The notes under the pieces were generated by a model that did not search any database, was not told the DNA's origin, and saw only the letters and a program-made list of their open reading frames with translations. The position numbers and the translations under genes are program-made. This document shows, one piece after another, positions 16,301-27,406 of a stretch of 64,000 nt of DNA. This DNA is from the human T2T-CHM13v2.0 reference genome, Homo sapiens. The stretch lies in NCBI RefSeq assembly GCF_009914755.1, contig NC_060934.1; one strand, 5' to 3'. Every line of letters begins with the position of its first letter. Position 1 is the first letter of the stretch.

Positions 16301-18796
16301 ACAAAAAGACTCTTTCCAAACAGCTCAATCAAAAGAAAGATTTAAGTCTGTGATTCGAATGGGCACTTCATAAAGAAGTTTCTCAGAAAGCCTCTCTCTA
16401 GTTTTTATGTGAAGATATTTCCCTTCTCACCACATTCCTCAAACCACTCAGAAATATCCCTTTGTAGATTCTACAGAAAAAAATGTTTCCAAATTGCTCA
16501 ATCAAAAGAAAGCTTCAACTCTGTGATATGAATGCACACATCACAAAGAAGTTTCTCAGAAAGCTTCTGTCTAGTTTTTATGTGAAGATATTTCACTTTT
16601 CACCGTAGTACTCAAACCACTCCGAAATATCCCTTTACAGACTCTACAAGAAGACTGTTTCCAATTGCTCAATCAAAAGAAATGTTCAACTCTGTGAGAT
16701 GAATGCACAGATCACAAAGAATTTTCTGAGAAAACTTCTTGCTAGTTTTTTGGTGAACATATTTTCTTTTTAACCATAGGCCTGAAAGGGCCCCTGAATA
16801 TTCCTTTGCAGATCCCACAAAAAAGCTGTTTCCAAATTATTCAATCAAAAGAAGTGTTCAACTCTGGGAGATGAATGCACACATCACAAAGAAGTTTCTC
16901 AGAAAGCTTCTGTCTAGTTTTTATGTGAAGATATTTCCTTTTTCACCATGGGCCTAAAGGGCTCAGAAATATCCTTTTTCAGATTCTAGGAAAAGTATCG
17001 CTTCCAAATATCCATTTGCAGAATCTAGAAAAAGACTGTTTCCAAACTGCTCAATCAAAAGAAAGGTTCAACTCTATGACATGAATGCACACATCACAAA
17101 TAACTTTCTCAGAAAGCTTCTCTATAGTTTTATGTGAAGGTATTTCGTTTTACACTATAGGCCTCAGGCCACTCAGACATATCCCTTTGCAGATTCTAGA
17201 AAGAGACTGTTTCCAAACTGCTCAATCAAAAGAAAGTTTCAACTCCGTGAAATGAATGCACACATCACAAATAAGTTTTTCAGAAACTTTCTGTCTCGAT
17301 TTTATGTGAAGATATTCCCTTTTTCACCATAGACATCAAAGGGATCCCAAATATCCCTTTTCAGATTCTTTAAAAAGACTTTTTCCAAACTGCTCAATCA
17401 AAAGAAATATTCAACTCTGTGAGTTGAATGCAAACATAAAAAAGAAGTTCCTCAGAAACTTCTGTTTAGTTTTTATGTGAAGATAATTCCTTTTTCACCA
17501 TGGGCCTAAAGGGCTCAGAAATATCCTTTTTCAGATTCTAGAAAAATATTGCTTCCAAACTGCACAATAAAAAGAAAGATTCACCTCTGTGAGGTGAATG
17601 CACACATCACAGAGAAGTTTCTCAGAAAGCTTCTGTCTAGTTTTTATGTGAAGATATTTCTTTGTTCACCATTGACATCAAACTGCTCAGAAATATGCCT
17701 TTGCAGATAATAGAGAAAGACTTTGCAAACTGCTCAATCAAAAGAAAGCTTCAACAATGTGAGATGAATGCACACATCACAAATAAGTTTCTCAGAAATT
17801 TTCTGTCTGGTTTTTATGTGAAGATATTTCCTTTTTCACCATAGTCCCCAAGCCACTCAGAAATATCCCTTTGCAGATTCTACAAAAAGACTGTTTCTGA
17901 ACTGCTCAATCAAAAGAAAGGTTAAACTCTGTGAGATGAATGCACCCATCAAAAATAATTTTCTGAGAAAGCTTCTTTCTGGTTTTTATGTAAGATATTT
18001 CATTTTTCACCGTAGGCCTCAAAGGGCTCCCAAATATCCCTTTGCAGATTCTACAAAAAGACTGTTTCCAAACTGCTCAATCAAAAGAAATCTTCAACTA
18101 TGTGAGATGAATGCCCACATCACAAAGAAATTTCTGGGAAAGATTCTGTCTAGTTTCTATATGAAGATATTTCCTTTTTCATCTTAGGCCTCAAACCTCT
18201 CAGAAATATCACTTTGCAGATTCTAGAAAATGACTGTTTCCAAACTGCTCAATCAAAACAAAGGTTCAACTCTGTGAGTTGCATCCACACATCACAAAGA
18301 AGTTTCTCAGAAAACTTCTGTCTAGTTTTTCTGTGAAGATATTTCCTTTTTCACCATAGGACTCAAACAGCTCAGAAGTATCCCTTTGCAGATTCCACAG
18401 AAAGACTGTTTCCAAATTGCTCCATCAAAAGAAAGATTCAACTCTGTTGGATGAATGCACACAACACAAAGAAGTTTCTCAGAAAGCTTGTGTCTACTTT
18501 TTATGTGAACATGTTTCCTTTTTCACCAAAGGCCTCAAAATGCTCACAAATATCCCTTTGCAGATTCCTCACAAAGATGGTTTCCAAATTGCTCAATCAA
18601 AAGAAACTTTCAACTCTGTGAGATGAGTGCACACATCTCAAAGAATTTTCTCAGAAATCTTCTTACTAGTTTTTTGGTGAACATATTCCCTTTTTGACCA
18701 TAGGACTCAAAGGGCCCTGATATATCCCCTTGCAGATGCTACAAAAAGACTGTTTCCAAACTGCTCAATCAAAATAAAACTCAATTCTGTGAGTTT

Positions 18797-19770
18797 AATG
18801 CACGTATCACAAAGAAGTTTCTCTGAAAGCTACTGTCTACTTTTTATGTGAAGATATTCCCTTTTTCAAAGTTGTCATTAAAGGGATCCTGAACATCCCT
18901 CTGCAGATTCTACAAAAAGACTGTTTCCAAACTGCTGAATCAATAGAAAGGCTCAACTCTGTGAGATGTATGCACACATCATAAATATTTTTCTCAGAAA
19001 GCTTCTGTCTAGTTTTATATGAAGATGTTTCCTTTTTCAACATAGGCCTCAAACCGCTCAGGAATATCCCTTTGCAGATTCTAGAAAAAGACCGTTTCCA
19101 AACTGCTCAATGAAAAGAAAGGTTCAATTCTGTGAGCTGAATGCACACATCACAAAGGAGTTTCTCAGAAAGCTTGTGTCTAGTTTTTATGTGAAGATAT
19201 TTCCTTTCTCACCATAGGCCTCAAAATGCTCACAAATATCCCTTTACAGATTCTACACAAAGACGGTTTCCAAACTGCTCAATCAAAAGAAACTTTCAAC
19301 TCTGTGAGATGAATGTACACAACACAAATAATTTTCTGAGAAATCTTCTTCCTAGTTTTTTGGTGAATATATTCCCTTTTTCACCATAGGCCTCAAGGGG
19401 CCCCTAAATATCCCTTTGAAGATTCTACACAAAGACTGTTTCCAAACTGCCCAATCAAAAGAAAATCTCAAGTCTGTGGGTAGAATGCACGTATCACAAA
19501 GAAGTTTCTCTGAAAGCTACTGTCTACTTTTTATGTGAAGATATTCCCTTTTTCAAAGTTGTCATTAAAGGGATCCTGAACATCCCTCTGCAGATTCTAC
19601 AAAAAGACTGTTTCCAAACTGCTGAATCAATAGAAAGGCTCAACTCTGTGAGATGTATGCACACATCATAAATATTTTTCTCAGAAAGCTTCTGTCTAGT
19701 TTTATATGAAGATGTTTCCTTTTTCAACATAGGCCTCAAACCGCTCAGGAATATCCCTTTGCAGATTCTA
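18797..19770. repeat. 287-bp identical direct repeat pair (18797-19083 and 19484-19770), 687 bp apart
   Basis: Base-by-base identity by eye. The identical 71-aa ORF-track entries at 18837 and 19524 confirm the core. Confidence 0.93.
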
Positions 19771-22700
19771 CAAAAAGACTGTCTCCAAACTACTCAATCA
19801 AAAGAAAGGTTCAATTCTATGAGATGAATGCACGCATCACAAATAAGTTTCTCAGAAAGCTTCTGTCTAGTTTTAATGTGAAGATAATCTCATTCTCACC
19901 ATAGGCCACAAAGCTTTCCCACATATCCCTATGCAGATTCTACAAACAGACTGTTTCCAAACTGCTCAATCAAAAGAAAGGCTTAACTCCATGATGTCAA
20001 TGTGCACATCATAAGGAAGTTTCCCAGAAAGCCTCTGTCTAGTTTTTATGTAAAGATATTTCCCTTTTCACCACAGGCCTCATACCGCTCAGAAATATCC
20101 CTTTGCAGATTCTACAGAAAAAATGTTTCCAAATAGGTCAATCAAAAGAAAGCTTCAACTCTATGAGATGAATGCACACATCATAAACAAGTTTTGCAGA
20201 AAGCTTCTGTCTAGTTTTTATGTAAAGATATTTCCCTTTTCACCACAGGCCTCAAACTGCTCACAAATATCCCTTGCAGATTCTACAGAAAAAATGTTTC
20301 CAAATTGCTCATTGAAAAGAAAGCCTCAACTCTGTGAGTTGAATGCACGCATCACAAAGAAGTTTCTCAGAAAGTTTCTGTCTGGTTTTTATGTGAAGAT
20401 ATTTCCTTTTTCACCGTGGGCCTCTAATGGTTCCCAAATATCCCTTTGCAGATTCTACAAAAAGACTTTTTCCACACTGCTCAATCAAAAGAAATTTTCA
20501 AATCTGTGAGATGAATGCACACATCACACAGAAGTTTCTCAGAAAGCTTCTGTCCAGTTTTATGTGAAGATATTTCCTGTTTTTCCATAGGCCTCAAACC
20601 GCTCAGAAATATCCCTTTGCAGATTCTAGAAAAATAGTGTTTCCATACTGCACAATCAAAAGAAATATTCAACGCTTTGAGATGAATGCACACATCACAA
20701 AGCAGTTTCTCAGAAAACTTCTGTCTAGTTTTTATGTGAAGATATTTCCTTGTTCACCATAGGCCTCAAACAGCTTAGAAAAATCTCTTTGCAGATTCTA
20801 GAAAAAGACTGTTTCCAAACTACTCAATCAAAAGAAAGGTTCAACTCTGTGACATGAATGCACACATCACAGATAAGTTTCTCAGAATGCTTTTGTCTAG
20901 TTTTTATGTGAAGATATTCCATTTTCACCATAGGTCTCAAAGGAATCCCAAGTATCCCTTTGCAGATTCTACAAAAAGACTGTTTCCAAACTGCTCAATC
21001 AAAAGAAAGATTCCAATCTGTGAGTTGAATTCACACATCACAAAGAAGTTTCTCAGAAAGCTTCTGTATAGTTTTTTTGAACATATATCCTTCTTCACCA
21101 TGGGCCTCAAACCACTCAGAAGTATCCCATTGCAGAGTGTATAAAAAATACTTTTTCCAAACTGTGCAAACAAAAGAAAGTTTCAACCCTGTGAGTTGAA
21201 TGCACACATCACACAGAAGTTTCTCAGAAAGATTCTGTCTAGTTTTTTTGTGAAAGTATTTTCTTTTTCACCACATGCCTCAAACCGCTCAGAAATATCC
21301 CTTGCAGATTCTAGAAAAATACTGTTTCCAAATGGCACAATTGAAAGATACAAGTCTGTGAGTTGAATGCACACATCACAAAGAAGTTTCGATGAAAGCT
21401 TCTGTCTAGTTTTTATGTGAAGATGTTTCCTTGTTCAACATAGGCCTCAAACCTTTCAGAAATATCCATTTGCAGATTCTAGAAAAAGATCATTTCCAAA
21501 CTGCTCCATCAAAACAAATGTTCAACACTGTGAGTTGAATGCAAACATCACAAAGAAGCTTCTCAGAAAGCTTCTGTCTAGCTTTTATTTGAAGGTAGTT
21601 CCTTTTTCACCATAGGCCTCAAACCACTGAGAAATATCCCTTTCCAGATACTAGAAAAATAATGTTTCCAAACTGCACAATCAAAAGAAAGATTCAATTC
21701 ATTAGATGAATGCACACATCATAAGGAAGTTTCTCAGAAAGCTTCTGTCTAGTTTTTATGTGAAGATATTTCCTTGTTCACCATTGACCTCAAACCACTC
21801 AGAAAGGCCTCTTGGCAGATACTAGAAAAAGACTGTTTCTAAACTGCTCAACAAAAGAAAGTTTCAACTCTGTGAGATGAATGCACACATCACACAGAAG
21901 TTTCTTAGAAAGCTTCTTTCTACTTTTTATGTGAAGATATTTCCTTTTTCACCATAGGCCACAAACTGCTCAGAAATATCCCTTTGCAGATTCTAGAAAA
22001 ACACTGTTTCCATACTCCTAAATCAAAGGAAGTTTCAACTGTGTGAGACGTGTGCACGCATCACAAGGGATTTTCACAGAAAGTTTCTGTCTAGTTTTTA
22101 TGTGAAGATATTCCCTTTTTCACCATAGGCCTCAAAGGGATCCCAAATATCCCTCTGCAGATTCTTTAAAAAGACTGTTTCAAAACTGCTCAATCAAAAT
22201 AAATGTTCAACTTTGTGTGTTGAATGCAAACACCACAGAGAAGTTTCTCAGAAAGCTTCTCTCTAGCTTTTATGTGAAGGTGCTTATTTTTTCACCGTAG
22301 ACCTCAAACCGCTCAGAAATATTCCTATGCAGATTATAGAAAAATACTGTTTTCAAACTGCAAAATCAAAAGAAAGATTCAACTCTGTGAGATAAATGCA
22401 CATAACAAAAGAAGTTTCTCAGAAACCTACTGTTGAGATTTTATGTGAAGATGTTTCCTTTTACACCATAGGCCCCAGACAGCTAAGAAATATCCCTTTG
22501 CAGATTCTACAGAAACACTGTTTCCAAACTGATCAATCAAAATAAAGGTTGAACTCTGTGAGATGAATGCACACATCACACAAAAGTTTCTCAGAAATCT
22601 TCTGTCTAGTTTTTATGTGAAGATATCCCCATTTTCACCATAGGCCTCAAAAGGATGCCAAATATCCCTCTGCAGATTCTACAAAAAGACTGTTTCCAAA

Positions 22701-25700
22701 CTGCTCAATCAAAAGGAAGTTTCAACTCTGTTTATAGAATGCATACATCACAAAGAAGTATCTCAGAAAGCTTCTGACTAGTTTTTAGGTGAAGATATTT
22801 CCTTTTTCACCATGGGCCTCAAACCACTCAGAAATATCCCATTGCAGATTCTAGAAAAACGCTGTTTCCAAACTGCTCCATCAAAAGAAAGTTTCAAATC
22901 GGTAAGTTGAAAGCACACAACATGAAGAAGTTTTTCAGAAAGCTTCTGTCTAGTTTTTATGTGAACATATTTCCTTTGTTACCATAGGCCCCAAAGGTCT
23001 CACAAATATCCCTTTGCAGATTCTACAAAAAGACTGCTTCCAAACTGCTCAATCAAAAGAAATTTCAAGTCTGTGAGTTGAATTCACACATCAAAAAGAA
23101 GTTTCTCAGAAAGCTTCTTTCCAGTTTTTATGTGAAGACCTTTTTCACCCTATGCCTTAAAGGACCCCAAATATCCCTTTGCAGATTCTACAAAAAGACT
23201 GTTTCCAAACTGCTCAATCAATAGAAAGACTCAAATCTGTGAGATGAATGCACACATCGTTAAGAAGTTTCCCAGAAAGCTTCTCTCTAGTTTTTATGTG
23301 AAGATATTTCCTTTTTCACCATAGGACACGCACTGCTTAGAAATATATCTTTGTAGATCCAGAAAAAGAGTGTTTCCAAACTGCTCAAAAAAAAGACAGC
23401 TTCAACTCTGTGAGATGAATGCACACATCATAAAGATGCTTCTCAGAATGGTTCTGTCTAGTTTTTATGTGAAGATATTTCCTTTTCCACTAGAGGCTGC
23501 AAACTGCTCCAAACATCCCTTTGCAGATTCTACAAAAGACTGTTCAAAATGCTCAATCAAAAGAAATGTTCAAATCTGTGAGATGAATGCACACATCACA
23601 AAAAATTTTCTGAAAAAGCTTCTGTCTAGCTTTTATGTGAAGATATTTCTTTTTCACCATAGGTCTCAAAAGGGCTCTGAAATATCCCTTTGCAGACACT
23701 AGAAAAGACTATTTCCAAACTGCTCAATCAAAATAAAGCTTCAACTTTGTGAGATCCATGCACACATCACAAAGAAGTTTCGCAGAAAGCTTCTGTCTAC
23801 GTTTTATCTGAAAATATTTCATTTTCACCATAGGCCTCAAATCGCTCAGAAATATCCCTTAGCAGATTCTAGAAAAATACTGTTTCCAAACTGCATAATC
23901 AAAAGAAAGATTCAACCCTGTGAGATGAATGAAGAAATCACAAAGAAGTTTCTCAGAAAGCTTCTGTGTAATTTTTATGTGAAGATATTTCCTTGTTCAC
24001 CATAGGCCCAAACTGTTTAGAAATATCACTTTGCAGATTCTAGAAAAAGACTGTTTACAAACTGCCCAATGAAAAGAAACCTTCAACTCAGTAAGATGAA
24101 TGCACACATCACAAAGAAGTTTCTCAGAAAAGTTCTGTCTAGTTTTTCTGTGAAGATATTTCCTTTTTCACCATAGGACTCAAACTGCTCAGAAATATTC
24201 CTTTGCAGATTCCAGATAAAGAGTGTTTCCAAACTGTCCAATCAAAAGAAAGGTTCAACTATGTGAGATGAATGCACACATCACAAAGAAGTTTCTCAGA
24301 AAGCTTCTGTCCAGTTTTTATGTGAAGATATTCCCTTTTTCATGACAGGCCTCAAAGGGATCTGAAATATCCCATTGCTGATTGCACAAAAAAACTGTTT
24401 CCAAACTGCTCTATCAAAAGAAAGGTTCAACTCTGTGAGATGAATGCACACATCAAAAACAAGTTTCTCAGAAAGCTTCTGTCTTGTTTTTATGTGAAGA
24501 ATATCCCTTTTACACCACAGGCCATAAAGGGATCCCAAATATCCCTTTGCAGATTCTACAAAAAGACTGTTTCCAAATTGCTCAGTCAAAAGATAGTTTC
24601 AACTCTGTGAGATGAATGCACACATCCCAAGGAAGTTTCTCAGAAAGCTTCTGTGTAGTTTTTATGTGAAGTTATTTCCTTTAACATCATAGGCCACAAA
24701 CCGCTCAGAAAAACCCCTTTGCAGATTCTACAAAAAGAATGTTTCCAAACTTCTGAAGGAAAAGCAAGGTTTAACTTTGAAAGCGGAATGCACACATCAC
24801 AAAGAAGTTTCTCAGAAAACTTCTATATAGTTTTTATGTGAAGATATTTCCTTTTTCACCATTGGCCTCAAAGGGCTCCCAAATATCCACTTGCAGATTC
24901 TACAAAAAGAGTGTTTCAAAACAGTCTAGTTTTTATGTGAAGATATTCCATTTTTCACCATAGGCCTCAAAGTGATCCTAAATACCCCTTTGCAAATTCT
25001 GCAAAAAGACTGTTTCCAAACTGCTCAAAAAAAAGAAACGTTCAGCTCTGTGTGATGAATGAACACATCATAAAGAAGTTTCTCAGAAAGCTTCTGTCTA
25101 GTTTTTGTATGAAGATATTCCCATTTTCACCATAGCCCTCAAAGGGATCCCAAATATCCTTTTGCAGGTTCCACAAAATACTGTTTCCAAACTGCTCAAT
25201 CAAAAGAAAGGTTCAACTCTCAGAGTTGAATGCATACATCACAAAGAAGTTTCTCAAAAACTTCTGTCTAGTTTTTATGTTAAGATATTTCGTTTTTCAC
25301 CATAGGCCTCAAAGGGCTCCTAAATATCCCTTTGCAGATTCTACAATAAGACTATTTCCTAACTGCTCCATCAAAAGATAGTTTCAACTCTGTGAGATGA
25401 ATGCAGTCATCACAAAGATGTTTCTTAGAAAGATTATGTCTCGTTTTAATGTGAAGATATTTCTTTCTTCATCATAGGCCTCCAGCCTCTCAGAAACATC
25501 CCTTTACAGAATCTACAAAAAGACTGTTTCCAAGTACTCAAAGAAAAGAAAGGTTCAACTCTGTGAGTAAAATGCGCACATCAAAAAGAATTTTCTGAGA
25601 ATGTTTCTGTCGAGTATTTATTTGAAGATATTTCCTTTTTCTCCATTGGACTCAAAGGGCTCCCAGATAACCCTTTGCAGATTCCTCAAAAATGTTGTTT

Positions 25701-27321
25701 CCAAACTGCTCAAACAAAAGAAAAGTTCAACTCTGTGAGATGAATGCACACATCATAAAGAAGTTTCTCAGAAAGCTTCTGTCTAGTTTTTATATGAAGA
25801 TATTTTCTTTTTCACCATAGGCCTCAAACCACTCAGAAATATCCCTTTGCAGATTCTACAAAAAACTGTTTCCAAACTGCTCAATCAAAAGGAAGGTTCA
25901 ACTTTGTGAGATGAATACCCACATCACAAAGAAGTTTCTGTGAAAAGTTCTGTATAGTTTTTATATGAAGATATTCCCTTTCTCACCTTTGGCCTCAACA
26001 GTATCCCAAATATCCCTTTGCAGATTCTGCAAAACGACTGTTTCCAAACTGCTCCATCAAAAGAAGCGTTCAACTCTGTGAGTAGAATGCACACATCACA
26101 AAGAAGTTTCTCAGAAAGCTTCTGTCTAGTTTTTATGTGAAGATATTCCCTTGTTCAGCATTGGCCTCAAAGGGATCAAAAATACCCCTTTGTAAATTCT
26201 ACAGACAGACTGTTTCCAAAATGCTCAAAAAAAGAAAGGTTCAACACTCTGAGATGAGTGCACACATCACAAAGAATTTTCCGAGATAGCTTCTGTCTAG
26301 TTTTTATGTGAAGATATTTCCTTTTTCACCATAAGCCTGAAAGCACTCAAAATATCCCTTTGCAGATTCTACAAAAAAGACTGTTTGCAAACTGCTCAAT
26401 TGAAAGAAAGTTTCCACTATGTGAGTTGAATGCAGAAATCTCAAAGTAGTTTCTCAGAAAGCTTCTGTCTAGTTTTTATTTATAGATATTTCCTTTTTCA
26501 CCATAGGCCTCATACCTCTCCAAAATATCCCTTTGCAGATTCTAGAAAAAAACTGTTTCCAAACTGCACAATGAAAACAAAGGTTCAGCACTGTGAGATG
26601 AATGCATACATCACAAAGAAGTTTCTCAGAATGCTTCTGTCTAGTTTTTATGTGAAGATACTTCCCTGTTCACCGTAGGCCTGAAACTGCTCAGAAATAT
26701 CCATTTTCAGATTCTAGAATAAGAATGTTTCCAAGCTGCTCAATCAAAAGAGAGTTTCAACTCTGTGAGATGAATGCACACATCACAAAGAAGTGTCTCA
26801 GAAAGCTTCCATCTAATTTTCATGTGAACATATTTCCTTTTTCACCATAAGGCTCAAACCACTCAGGAACATCCCTTTGCAGATTCTATGAAAAGACTGT
26901 TTCCAAACTGCTCAATAAAAGGAAAAGTTCAAATCTGTGAGATGAATGCACACATCATAAAGAATTTTATGAGAGTGCTTCTGTCTAGTTTTTATGTGAA
27001 GATATATCCCTTTTCACCATAGGCCTCAAAGTGCTGCCATATATCCCTTTGTAGATACTACAAAAAGATGGTTTCCAAACTGCTCAATCAAAGGAAAGGT
27101 TCAAATCTGTGAGATGATTGCACACATTATAAAGAAGTTTCTCAGAAAGCTTCTTTCTAGTTTTTATATGAGGATATTTACTTTTTCACCATAGGCATCA
27201 AACTGCTCAGAAATATACCTTTGCAGGTTGTACAAAAAGACTGTTTCCAAACTGCTCAATAAAAAGAAAGGTTCCTTTCTGTGAGTTGAAAGCACACATA
27301 ACAAACAAGTTTCTGAAAAAG

Positions 27322-27406
27322 CTTCTGTCTAGTTTTTATGTGAAGATAATTCCTTTTTCACCATAGGCCTCAAAGGAAATATCTTCACATAAAAACTAGA
27401 CAGAAG
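27322..27406. other. Alpha-satellite strand-switch junction 1 (palindromic, 15-nt spacer, AAAGG microhomology)
   Basis: ...GTGAAGATAATTCCTTT ttcaccataggcctc AAAGGAAATATCTTCAC... AAAGG at 27372-27376 fits both orientations. Confidence 0.95.

Larger units (their letters stand above)
10366..27376 (-). repeat. Monomeric alpha satellite, family X (~100 monomers)
   Basis: Same consensus as 1-4266. Irregular mix of CCGCTCAGAAATATCCC and GGGATCCCAAATATCCC/GGGCTCCCAAATATCCC subtypes. Confidence 0.98.
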
